This document shows, one piece after another, positions 36,172-48,095 of a stretch of DNA of 64,000 nt. The notes beneath the pieces were generated by a model. The model worked only from the letters and a program-made list of their open reading frames with translations. It made no database searches and was not told the DNA's origin. Source of the stretch: Phaeosaccion multiseriatum (taxonomy: Eukaryota > Protista > Ochrophyta, other classes); the NCBI GenBank assembly GCA_965112735.1, contig OZ218953.1:2976001-3040000 (forward strand), read 5' to 3'. The position numbers were made by a program, and so were the translations under genes. The first letter of the stretch is position 1; each line of letters begins with the position of its first letter.

Positions 36172-37943
36172 GGTGGGGTAGCAGGTAGGAGAGTGTGTGT
36201 AGATGGGAAGGTGGATGTACGCATAGCGTGCTCACCTCTTGCGTTGCGTTTGTCTTGCTGCGTGTGTGCGTGCGTATACGTGCATGAATGACTCACGCAT
36301 GCCTCCGAAACCGACTCACTCCTCCTCCGAAACCGACTCATTCACTCCTCCGAAACCTCACCTACCCCCTACTCCCTTGTACTGTCGTGTGGCTGTCTGT
36401 GCCTGTCTGTGGACACCTGTGGACGTCTGTGGACACCCAACAGGTTTACAAGGAGCTGGGCGCTTTCAAGAGAGCGCTCGAGCTGGAGCAGGTGCTGGAC
36501 ATTAAGCAGGTGCAGCTCGACAGCCTCAGTTGGGTCTTCTATCCAGGGGCCCTTAGCTGCGGCTTCTTCGGGGAGGCGTACCATCGCAGCAGGGCCATTC
36601 TCAACCTTCACAAGGTAGGGTGTGGGTGTACGGGGGCGTGTGAGTTAGGGACAGGGGTCAGAGGGTCAGGGCCGAGGTGGGGGGGGGGGGGGCTTGCCTT
36701 GAAAGTGTGTGTGTAATCAAGGAAGGAAGGAAGGAAGAAAGGAGGCTGTTGCTGTTGGGGGGAAGGCTTCACTCGAAAGGAAAGCATTGGGGATCACTTG
36801 GCTGCGGAAGGGTACTGTGCTGGGCTGGGTTGCGCTGGACTGAGCTTGTCTTGTGACTACGCTCGCTTCGTTTCATGCTCGCTCTCTTGTCACAAGCCTA
36901 ACGAAGCCCCTCGCCCCCCTTGTCCTTCCTGCTTCTCCCCGCCTCCCTCCTTCTGTCTTCTTTCCCTCTTTTCCCCCTGTCCGGGCAGAACTTCTGCAAG
37001 GATTCGGCGGACTTCATCCAGAAGGCTTTTACACAAGGTAAGCGTGTGAGCGAGAGAGCGAGGCTGACTGGTTGGGCCAGTTCCACCCATTCAGCTCCAC
37101 CAATCACTGCCGCCATGTCCTCCCTCTTAATACCTCTCACAGCTCGGAAACATTCCTGCCATATGCTGAAATGGGACGATCCCTGCTAACCTCACCCCCC
37201 ACCTCCCCCCACCCCCCGCCCGCTTCTCGTTCCTCCCGCCTCACACCTCCTTCACACACAGGCAACTACTCCAAAGCCATGGAATTGGTCTCGTTTCAGG
37301 AGCACAAGATGGAGAAGTCTCTACAACTCATGGCGGCTTGCGCTGAAAAGTCGGCCATCGAGATGCTGCTGACCCACCACTCCCTCAGCGTTGGGCAGGA
37401 TTTCCTCAGCAGCCTGGTGTCAGGACGCTTGTCGGAGCAATTGAAGGGCATGGACAGTCAGGAGGAGAGAGAGGGGCTCCGATCCAATATGGATTATGGG
37501 GCGCGTATACAATGGGACTGCCCTCTGGAGGGAGGGCAAACAGCAGCCACGGTGAGGGAGGGGAGGGGGGAGGGAGGGAGGGAGGGAGGGAGGGAGGGAG
37601 GAGGGGACGGGGGTAGGGCGTGGGTTGTCGTGGGCTGGTTTCTTCGAGCCTCTGGTTTCCTCTCAATGTGTACACCCCCCTCTTCGCTACTCTGCTCCCC
37701 CGCCCCGTGCATTTGTACCGCTCCTTCTCCTACTTCTCCCTTCTCGCAGAGCGAAGCGCGGAGGCGGGACGACAAGCTGAGGGCACGCATTCTCGTGCGT
37801 AAGTGCTCCAACGAGTGCCTGCTGATGGCGCTGCAAGGCACATGCGCCATTGGGGAGTTACAGGACGCTCTCCACGCCTTGAGGCAGGCCTTGATCGACA
37901 GCAACATTGCCGTCAAGGAGGGAGTGGGGCCGAGCAGCAACAG

Positions 37944-37976
<33 letters not shown>

Positions 37977-39114
37977 TAGCAACAGTAGCAGTAGCAAGGG
38001 GCCCGAGGGTGTCAACGGAGGCGTCGTGGGGGGGAAGGGTGTCGAGGTGGGGGCGGTACGGCTGGAGGAGGGAGGGAGAAATCTTGAGCACGATGGGTGG
38101 GATATGCTGCTAGAGCTCATGTGGGCCACTGGGCTCACTGCACGGGCATTCAAGAGTAGTGCCAGTAGTGCTGACGAGGAGAAGGAGAAGGGAGGGGTGA
38201 CAGAGGAAGAGAGAGAAGAGTTGATGGCAAAGGCCTTGGTGGCCTTGGCCAGCGTGGAAGGGCAGGCCAAGCAGACAAGAGACTTGCTCATGCAGGGTGT
38301 TGGCAAGTACGTGTGTGTGTTGGGTGGCGACGGGGAGGAGGAAGGAGGGAAGGGGCCAGACAAGGCGAGGGCAGCAGAGCTGAAGAGGAGGCAGAAAGCA
38401 GTGCCTCTGTCTCCCGCGTGGTTGGCCGCGCTGAGTAAGTGGGTGTTAAACACCGCACCAGGCGTGTGCTTGCTCCTACAGTCTCTGGCAGTCATCGTGC
38501 CAGCCCCCTCTAAGAAGAAGAAGGGAAAGAAGACGAAGAAGAAGGGAGGAGGAGGAGGAGGAGGAGGAGGGGGCGATGCAGCAGGAGGCGACGGAGGTCC
38601 TTCACCGGCGGAGAGGCGGCTGACAAAGGCGGGTGTGGCCATTTCAAGCCTGGGCAGCTCTGTGCTTGCGCTTCTCGCCACCATCGCCACAGTGGCGGGG
38701 CAGGAGGTGGAAGCCAAGGGGACTGAGGCGGAGCAGGCACGAGAAGGAGGGGGGGGGGGGGTGATTGTGGAGGTGATGTTGCGGCGGGAGCGGAGTGCAT
38801 CGAGGGATGGCACCCCTCCTTCTCCTCCTCCCCCTGCCGCTGGTGGTGGTGCTGGAGGGGAGGCATCGGCCTACGACCTTGTCCTGGGCTTCCTCGGGGA
38901 GCAGGAGAAGGATGCGGGGGCAGCGGAAGGAGCAGCAGCAGCAGCAGCAGCAGGGACGTCAAAGCAACAGCAGCAGCAGCGGCGGCGAACCAGCGACGTG
39001 CTAGGGCGGACGGTGGGCTTCGCAGCCAGCGGACAGGCCGCGAGTGGGGAGAGACTCAAGGAGGTAGTGAAGGACAAGATCGCTGCCCTCCAACAGAGCA
39101 CGTACTTCCGGTAG
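32776..39114 (+). CDS. NAA25: N-terminal acetyltransferase B auxiliary subunit (NAA25/MDM20)
   Basis: RKLGPIYNALDSGNWKQALK, LFSCYIR...AQQTATRLYK, LMLAERMVEK, LYLDILREQGK, PDQWSYY, LRGPYLAELEL, YFDAFCGKLCCLSDLRPYL, SPFNYQFKL, LDIKQVQLDSLS, AFTQGNYSK. An apparent 1-nt frameshift lies in the G-run 34678-34688. Confidence 0.92.
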
Positions 39115-39283
39115 AGGCTCCACGTGTGTGCTGTTTGTGGGAGCTTTTATTTTTATTCGTTTAATTAATTAATTAATTAATGATTGGAACAAGAGGACTG
39201 TTCGTTCGTGATGGATGGGGCGTTGTTGTGTCGCGCAAAAGGTTAGCGCAGGCCGTCCTCCTCGGCGAGTCGCTTGTCAACGG

Positions 39284-39346
<63 letters not shown>

Positions 39347-39365
39347 GTGCTATGGTAGTACCGAC

Positions 39366-41037
39366 TCATTGAGCCTGCTGGGCTTGCAGGGTCCTAACTA
39401 CCTCCTGCAGGTTGCTGCTCTGACTCTGCAACATGTTGTTCAGATAGGTCTGCTTGCCCTTCATCTTGGTCTCCCTTGTCGCGCTCTCCTGTGATTCCTT
39501 GGCCAAGTACCCCAGCACTTCCTCCTTGGTGGCCTTGAGGAACATCTTCCCCACTGTCCGGTACAGCCCCGCTTCCTCCCCTGCCTGCTTGACCTCTGCT
39601 ACTGTCAGGCTCGCTCGCTTTTGGTCTCTTTGAGAGGCTTGCAGCTGCGCCTCCACTTGGGCAATGTCGCGTTTCGTCTGAACAAACTGTTGCCCAAACC
39701 AAGATCAAAGGTCAAAGGTCAAGGTCGGCGGACAAGAGAAGGAAGAGGAGTTGATGATGAGTGAATATAGTGGGATGAATTGAGTGAGTAAGTAAGTGAG
39801 TGAGTGAGCGGGTGACTGACTGACTGATTGACTGAGGAAGTGCCCCCACCCCGTCCTTTGCTCCAACGGGCCCTCACCTTGGTCTGCAACTCCTGATACT
39901 CCGAGAGGGTCTGCTTGTCCACGCCCCCCTGCCCGCCTGCACCACCCCCGCCTCCCCCTGATGACGCTCTTTTCCGCGCCTTGATAATACGCAGCTGCTT
40001 CTCCAGGTCAGGGTTTTCTGTTGGGGGGTTGGACGCGGTTCAGAAGGGAAGTAAGTGAGTGAGAGGGTAGGTGAGATAGAGAGTGGTGAGTGAGTGGGTG
40101 AGTAAAGTGATCACCAAGCCTATAGATGGGATAGCTCACTTGGGTCTTGGGTGAGGCCCTTCTTGACCGCTGCGAGCGCCTCCGCGTGCTGTCCGTTCTC
40201 CATGAGGGCCACGCCGAGTCGGTAGTACCCCTTCACGAAGGCCGGGTTGAGGCTTACACACTTGGTAGCGTCTTCGACAGCTTTCTCGTGGTCTCCCTTG
40301 GCCACCTGGGAGAGAGGTTGTACGCAAGTTGAGTGAGTGAGTGAGTGAGTGAGTGAAGGAGGGAAGCGCTTGGTTATCATCCAGCCCGGAAGGGTATTGG
40401 GGCCCTCTCATCACTGCCTCTTCCCCGATGGGAAATCACCTACAGTTCGCAGGAAGGCACTTGACGCTAATGGCTTGCTCATATAAGCTCACCAACGGCC
40501 GGCAGGCAGTCACTCACCAGGCAAGCGCTCCGATTGCTGTAAAAGACATGGTTGGAGGGGTCGAGCTCGATCGCCTCTGAGTAATGCCGAATGGCCTCGT
40601 CATACTTCTTCAGAGCGAACGCGTCATTTCCCGCCCTGGAGGGCGAGGAGCAACACGGATGGGCAGACAGGGACAGGCCGGGAGGACAGAACCACAGGTC
40701 GAAGCAGAAAGAGGGAGGGGGGAGAGGAAGAAGGATGGAGTGATAATATGCCCCCACGCAACAGCAACACCAGAGACTGCCTGCATGAGTGACCAAATGA
40801 GAGAGTAGAGGGAAAAGGAAGCAGCAGTTTATAGCAGTTCCCATCTTCCACGGCTTTGGTTTGCCCTTTATCGATCTGATCTGCCTTACCCGCCCCCTGC
40901 CCCCGTTTCCTCCTTCCCTGTTCTCTCCCCCTGACGTACCTCTTCTTTGCGTCGGCGATACGCGCCTCCTCTGACTGCTCTGAACCTTCCGCATCTGCTG
41001 GGGGTGGTACTGGAGGGGCGGCGCTCATCTCTTTCAT
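39366..41037 (-). CDS. Fusion protein: Hop/STI1-like three-TPR domain + Gly linker + prefoldin beta-type (PFDN1-like) domain, ~280 aa
   Basis: Five frame-consistent GT-AG exons: 41037-40940, 40635-40518, 40305-40140, 40017-39878, 39686-39366. TPR part AKKRAGNDAF...YSEAIELDPSNHVFYSNRSACL...FVKGYYRLG. Prefoldin part: coiled coil, hairpin LYRTVGKMFLK, coiled coil. Confidence 0.85.
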
Positions 41038-41139
41038 CGTGGAATAAAAAGAGGTGGGGATGAGGCGGCCAGTTTTCAGTTTCAGGTACGGCCCGTACAG
41101 CTGAAACTCACACTGTTTCCCGCCTTGAGAGCGGCGCCG

Positions 41140-41263
41140 AAATGTGTTTGTTTGTTCGCTGAATCCCCTTGCAACAGCAGTATAGTGGGCTGGGAGAATA
41201 GAAATGTGTTTGTTTGTTCGCTGAATCCCCTTGCAACAGCAGTATAGTGGGCTGGGAGAATAG
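41140..41263. repeat. Perfect 62-bp tandem duplication in a divergent promoter/5'UTR
   Basis: aaatgtgtttgtttgttcgctgaatccccttgcaacagcagtatagtgggctgggagaatag occurs at 41140-41201 and 41202-41263. Confidence 0.95.
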
Positions 41264-41299
41264 AAGAGAGAAAAGGGAGAGCAAAAAGAGCATACCAAC

Positions 41300-41910
41300 A
41301 TGGCGGGTCGGATGATCTCCAAGTACCTGCCCTATTTCAATTTCGGTATTGCGTCGGCAGCGTTGACTTTTCAGACCACCGTCTTGTACCCGCGGCATGA
41401 AGGCCTGGAGGAGAGCTTGTCGGCCGTGAAGACGCAGTTCGTGGAGAAAGAGAGGGAGAAGGTGGCCCACTACGGTAAGCTTGTTCCCTCCAGCTTCCAC
41501 TCAACGCAAGATGGCACCCACCCCCACCCCTCTCCTCCTTCTCTCCCTACTCCCCCACCACAGAGAAGCTGAAGGACGACTTTCGCTCGGCCGAGCGCGA
41601 GAAGACTCGATCCATCGCCGAAATCGATCAACACATCGCCCACCTGGTGCACCGCCTGGAGTCGAAGCTGGACAGGATGGCCGAGGCGCCCGCGGCGGGG
41701 TGGTCCCAGCAGGCCCAAGGAGCAGCAGGCCGAGGGGAAGCAGTCGCAGCAGCGCGACCAGCATCCGCGGCCTCTACCCTTCATGCTGTTCAGCCCGAGA
41801 GTGAGGCCCCGACGACGAGGCTCACCGCAAGCCAGGAGACCAAGGACCTCAAGCATCTCCTGCGCACACGCACACAGCTCCTGGTGGGGGGCACCTACTA
41901 CCCGAGGTGA
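41300..41910 (+). CDS. Small single-TM + coiled-coil protein of unknown function
   Basis: Two exons (41300-~41474, ~41564-41910). N-terminal YLPYFNFGIASAALTFQTTVLYPRHE, then a charged coiled coil. From memory it resembles an uncharacterised small eukaryotic family with NF.I.S.AL.FQ..VLYPWH. Confidence 0.6.
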
Positions 41911-42395
41911 ACGGGCCCGATTTAGTGGTAGGACACTTGGTCTTTTCTTGTTGGTGACGGGGACGGCAGGGCAGTCCCAACACACTGATGAGACACACTT
42001 GGGGGGTGGGGTTAGTTATCAGTGGTTGGATTTTTGGGGCCGTGGAGGTGAAGTTGGCCGCCACCGTGAAGGTGTGTGTGTTGACGTCGTTGTTTAGTAT
42101 GGTGGGGGGTGGGACGGCAAGAAGAGCTCGTCGCGATTTACAGGGCCGCCTCATGTTTAGAGGAGAGAGGGGTGCGAGCCCGACATTTTTAATGTACGTC
42201 GTGTTCATGTTCATGTATGTACGTGAGCGATCGTATGGTTGGCAGAGGATCAGTAAATGACAAAGCAGACAGATTGTTTTTCTCTATGTTTTCTCACATT
42301 ATCGTCTCATTTGGAGGCGCTTCCTCTCTTGTCGTCTCCTCTTTCCCCCTTCTCCACCGCTGAACAAGCCCCCACAGCTACCTACAAATCATAAA

Positions 42396-43762
42396 CTACT
42401 CTTCGTCTTCCTCCTCCTCTTCGTCCTCCTCGCCATCTTCAACCAAAGTCGGCCCCGAGTCAAGCTGTTTCGCGCCAATGGAGCATAGCACACATAAAAG
42501 GGCATTGGGAAAAGGAGGTGGGGGGGGGGGGGTGTTAAGAAACAGCTGCCGAGAGAAGGAAAGCTGCGAAAGAAACGGCGGCAACACACAACAAATGCAT
42601 GGCAAGTCGGTGCCAAGTCGTTCTCGTTGTACCAGCGCACTGTTTCACTACCCCCCCCCCTCTCCTCCTCCCGCAGCAATGGGGCACTAACTAAGTAAAG
42701 GCAAATTCATCACAACACGTACATCGCCTTGCACGTAATGGAACTGCGGCGCCGGCTTGTGCGCGTGGTGCAGGTAGGGGTGGTCGAGGCCGAGCGTCAC
42801 GCCGCCGTCTTGCTTGATGCGGTACATGATCCACACCCACATGAGTAGTAAGTACCCCTGCTCATTCGTTCGTTTGTTCGGAACAGATAGAGGCCCACAG
42901 AGGTCGAGACAGAGCGAAGCAGGGAGGGGGGGCGGGAGGCGTGGAGGTGAGAGAGGGCGAAACAAGTCCGCCCGCGCGCGCCCCTTCAGTAATCCCCACC
43001 ACACCACCATCTGATGAGACTAGTAGGGTAAGAGGATCAACAGGCCAGGCTTTACTTTCCCTTACGCATTGCCCACTCAAAAACCTAAGAATAAGAAGCA
43101 AGCATTCACTGAAACGACGTACACTCACTGAGTTACACTACCAAAGAAGAACGCACCTTGGATAGGCCATCGTGTATTGGGCTGACGTGCAGTTTCGTCT
43201 CTGCAGTGAGAGGGTGCTTGAGGCCGGGTCCCGCCATCATGCCACGTGTCTGCTGCTGCGTCTGCTGCTGCGTCTGCTGTGGTCGGACATTCGCTGCTGC
43301 TGGCCTCCTCCGCAGGGTAGAGGACAGGCCTGAAGGGGCGGGAAAGCAAACGGCACACATAGGGTGAGGTGGAGAGGAAAGATGCAACCCTGAAGGAACG
43401 AAGTACTCTACGGTCTGAAAGGTCGCCATCCAAGCGAGGGGGGGCAGTTGCAAGCCTTCCTCTCTTCTCTTTCTCTTCTCTGGCGACCAAGCATAGCGTA
43501 ACTGACTGATGCCGTTGCTGGCTCCTGATGGAAAAAAAGCAGTCCTCTGTAAAGAGAACACCACCGTGGCTGCTTTTGACAACTGCTTGCTGCACACGCC
43601 CCCCTCCTCTTCCTCCCGTCTACATGTATTACCCCTCTGCCCCTGTTCCACGAGGAATGGTCAGCCCTCTAGAGGATTCGGTCTAAAAGGGCCATAGCAC
43701 GTGTAAGAGGCTAGGAAACGACGCTCACCTGCGGAAGATCTCCGGGCTAACCGTGCCAGCAT
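42396..43762 (-). CDS. NDUFB2: Mitochondrial complex I accessory subunit NDUFB2 (AGGG)
   Basis: Exons 43762-43729, 43329-43157, 42857-42723, 42464-42396. Mitochondrial-type presequence MLARLARRSSAGLSSTLRRR...QTRGM; conserved MWVWIMYRIKQDGGVTLGLDHPY; acidic tail. Confidence 0.82.
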
Positions 43763-44399
43763 GGTGAAAGAGCGTGGGCAAGGACGCCCCTGATAAGAAA
43801 GAAGACCACAGAGGGTGAGGAGAAGGAGAAGGAGAAAGACTGTGAGAAGATCGGGAGGTGAAGTACGTACGGACGTTCTGCAATGACGGTGAGAGAGAGA
43901 GAGCGCGCGCGCGGGGGCAGGAAAGGCACGGTAGGTCAGGGGGCAAGTCGAGTGTCACTCTCGTTTGGGAAAGAAAAAAAGGTGTTTCCTCGCCCTCCTT
44001 CTCCTCTCATGCCTGTCGCCCTCACAACAACGGCCCGCTAAGCCCCTCGAGAGAGAAGCATCTGTCTCCGAAAGTGTCACTCTGCTGCTTGCAACACAAC
44101 ACACAACACCCCATCCCCCCCCTCCCTTCCCCGTTTTCATCGCTCACGTCGGGCCAGCAATCTCAACTTTCGCCCCTTCGGCAAGCGCACCTATTTAGAG
44201 TAGAGCTCTGGCACGACGCTACTCCTCTCTGCTGTACGAGGCCTCGCTACTTGGCTCTCGCTCTCACTGCATGTCACTCGTCCCTTCTCCCTGTCGCCTA
44301 CATAAACTTACATAATGATACGTAAGGTTTTGTAGTCCTGCTCCTCCACTGCCCCCTTATGATCGGATCTTGAAAAGCGATATACTTTGCTTTCAAGTC

Positions 44400-46746
44400 A
44401 TGGCACGAGCAAAGGGATCACGCGGACAAGCCGCTTCAGGAGCAGGAGCAGCAGAAGAAGAAGCGGTAGAAGCGATTACAGCGGGAGGAGCAGAAGCAGC
44501 AGGAGTTGTTGCACTTCCGGGGTCCGGATCAGAGTCTGGCATTGGCAGCAGCGACAATGCAGGCAGTAGGAGGAGCGACGGATCAGGAGAAGGAGGGGAC
44601 GACAGTACTCCTTCAAGGACACCAGCCGGCTTGGACGGTGCGGCTCCTGAGCAAGAAGAGGGCGCGGCAGTAGTAAGCGCGGGGGGAGAGGCAGCAGGGG
44701 AGGCACCATCACCACCAGCAGCTGTAGCAGCAGCAGCAGAAGAAGCAGCAGCAACCAGAGATGTTGTGCCAGAATCTTCCACTAGTGCTGCTCCTGGCCA
44801 TATGGATGCCACCCTCCGGCAGCAGCTTGATGAGATCATGGCCAATATTGGGACTATAGACCTTGAAGGAGGTGGGGCCAGCGGAGGGAGGCAGGGGCGC
44901 CCGTCCGGCAGGGGCACCACGTGAGTATCAGTAACGTGGAAAGCTTGGACCTCTTTGAGTGATACGAGTCCTGACATGTCACTAAATTGTGCTCCACATG
45001 GTCGCTCTGAGCCGGAGCCTTTTCGGTGATCCCATGCTGTTCCCTGTGCCCTCCCTTTCTCCCTCCATCAAAGCTCGAACCCTTCTCTTTGTTTCATCGC
45101 GAGCTTCCCCCTGCACCCACAACTCAAGTTCGCTGCTCTCCGCTTAAATATCCTCTCTCTCTCTCTGACTGCTTTCTGTAGCACCAGCAGGATTCGGGGC
45201 CGCAGCGCAATTGAGCCTACTCCTGCTGGTGGCGTGCGAGAAGCTGGGGGCAGGGCGAGCTACCACGACCGATCTGATGAAGTGTGGGATCAGCTGTCGG
45301 AACAAATCTCTGATCAGATTTCGCAGCAGATTAGCGATGAGATTAGCAGCGCCATTGACGCTCAAATTCAGGAGCAGCTCGACGCTCAGCTTCAGGCACA
45401 GCTGGACGAAGAGCTCTATGGGGGCATAGAGGATGAGCTGGATCGGCAGTTACAGGACCAACTCGACGCAATGATGGACGAGCAGATGGACCAGCAAATG
45501 AGGGAGGACATGGCAAGGGAGGTCACCAGGGCAGGCGGGGGCATGGGCATTGGCGGTGGTGGTGCCCGTGGTGGCGGTAGAGGAGTGGGCGGAGCAGCGT
45601 TGGCGGACTTGATGGAAAGGTGGGTAGTAAAAACCTGAGGTTGGTGATAACAGGTGCTGACAGCTTTGTGTATATCGATGCAAAAGACGGGTGTGTATCT
45701 ATACACGCTTGAAATGAGCGAAGGAAGGAACTGTGGACCCTGCCGCACCAAACTTCCGTTGTCTCTAGCACTCTCCACCTAGCAGCCTCAGTCCAAGTAC
45801 TGACCGCTTTTCAAGTACCCGCCTTTTGTGTGTGGAGCCTCGCGTGTTGTATGTTGGGGTGAAGGCACTCATACGTTCGTTAGCATCAGAGCCTCATTCC
45901 ACTGACAAAACAAAGCGCCTGCTTCTGTCCGCTCTTTCTCCACACAGATTCGCTCGGGAGGATGGGTATCCAGTGGGCAGTGACCTGACGGACGGCAGCG
46001 AGGACTTGGACGGAGACGTTGAGGGGGTCTTCCCCTACCGCTACGACCCTCTCACACAGCACCGGCGGGAGCTGCAGGAGGAGAGGCGGAGGAGGGGACT
46101 GGGGGACGGGGCAGGGATGGTAGGGGTCGCAGCAGCGCAGGGGCAGGGGGGGAGAGGGAGAGGGGAGTACGCCGATGAGTTCGGAGACGAGGACGATGCC
46201 GACGACTACAGTGACTACTACTCAGACGAAGAAGTGGAGAACGATTTCGTCCCTATTACAGGGGCAATGGTTGGCATGGTTGGAGGGGGTCGAGGAGGAG
46301 AGGGTGGTGGTGGTGGTGGTGGTGGTGGTGGTGGTGGTGGAGGAGGAGGAGGAGGAGGAGGATTAATAGGAGGAGGAGGCGGAGGAGGAGGAGGAGGAGG
46401 AGGAGGAGAGGGAGGAGGAGGAGGACGGGGTATGTACGGCGGTCACGTAGACGAGTCTACAGGCGTGCCCTTTTGGAGCGACGACGGCGGCCTCGAGGCG
46501 ATGGCAGCCGGAGGCATGAATCTTCGCAACGCTTGGCAGGCGCTAGATCATCCTCTGGAGCCTGTTGTCGGGGTGGGCCTGGGGACGGAGGCGGATGAGG
46601 AGGTGCAGCTCTTGCTGGACAGTCTTTACGGGACGGCAGAGGGTGGTACTAGCGGCAGCAGCACTTTGCCTGCCGCTCCCCCCCGTTCGCAGCTCTCTGC
46701 CACGCCGCCGAGTGTCCCGTCCTTTGCGGAGGAAGAGGAGGCGTAA
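44400..46746 (+). CDS. Acidic Gly/Ala/Glu-rich low-complexity protein of unknown function
   Basis: Three frame-consistent exons 44400-44920, 45182-45619, 45948-46746 with canonical splice sites. No recognisable domain apart from a Q/D/E-rich helical repeat. Confidence 0.6.
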
Positions 46747-46929
46747 GGAGGGGTGAGGACGCACGAGGAGGTGGGGCGTCATAGACACTCCAAGGAAGGA
46801 AGAGATGCTCTATCACTGCAGGTCTGTCCCACTGAGGGCCCCGCAGGCTTGGGAGGGAGAAGCCCTTCCAACATGTCACGGAGGGTGAGATGGCGTTTTG
46901 GTTCGTCAGGGAATAAACCATGTACAGAC

Positions 46930-47260
46930 AGGGAGGAGAGAAAAGAGAGAGAAAGGAGGAGGAGTGTAAATAGTCACACCAAACTGTCAGCTTACCAGCC
47001 TCTACCCCGTGGATGGACTTGAGTATGCCTGAGCAACCCGTATCCTCGTGTGTTGCTGTAGCACCCTCTGCATCACGGTAGTCGCGATGATGCGGAGGGG
47101 TCACCGAGTCGTGATGATGCGGAGGATGCCGCTGAACATCACGAGGATACGGGTTGCTCAGGCATACTCAAGTCCATCCACGGGGTGGAGGCTGGTCAGC
47201 TGACAGTTTGGTGTGACTATTTACTCTACTCCTCCTTTCTCTCTCTATTTTCTCCCCTCT
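46930..47260. repeat. Long inverted repeat (arms ~120 bp, ~80-nt structured loop)
   Basis: 46967-47050 is the reverse complement of ~47140-47223 with two mismatches; looser purine/pyrimidine pairing extends outward. Confidence 0.92.
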
Positions 47261-48095
47261 CTGGCATCCTCCGCATCACGGTAGTCGCAAAGGGCCGTGA
47301 TGCAGAGGATGCTACCAAGTATCATGACGATAAAAAGGGGCAAAAGGGCAGTTGGAGGTGGACGCTACTTGTGTCCTTGTTTTTATCATTTTAACCTCCA
47401 ATTACTTGTATCCTTGTTTTTATCATTTGATCCTCCTTGTTTCCGTGTCTTACATGCTTACATGTATTAGCACGGGCTCCTTCCGTGCCCTTGGAGGTCT
47501 TCCCCTGTCACCCCCCCCCCCCTAATGTTCGCTGCTTCCAGATTACCTCCCCAAGTTCAGTTTCTACTCTCCCCCGAGCCGCCCATCTTCCCGCGGCCCG
47601 TGACCCCGACAAGACAGGCAGCTCTAAATATCAACTTCTTACATTCACAACCACACGCCCCTCCCCGCCCCGCCCGGGCTTGTCCCTCTCTCGCTCAATT
47701 CCTCACCCGCCCCCTATACAGCGAGAATGTCCCTCGCCTCTTACTCCACGTACCTCTCCCCCTAAACCCACAACACTTACACACACTGTCTGTCTACTAT
47801 ACATACGCCCTTCTACTTTTCCCCTCGAAAGGCCTCACATCCACACCGCCTCCATCAGCAGGTGATTGCTGACTCAGCTCAGCTCAACTTGCTCGCCCCC
47901 CCCCCGCCTCGCCACCTGCCCTACATAGCCCTACACGTCCACCGTAGACCCCAGCCATGCTGACTTCTAATAACCAGAGAGCAAGGGACCCGTACCTCCC
48001 TCCCTCTCTCCCTCCGTCCCTCCCTTCATGACCAGAGAGCAAGGGATGCGTCCCTCCCTCCCTCCCTCCCTCCCTCCCTCCCTCCGTCGCTCCCT

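Noticed and set aside
23711-47430. Short direct repeats (23711, 41140, 47367) as CRISPR-like arrays
   Set aside because: No repeat-spacer regularity, no cas genes, eukaryotic context.
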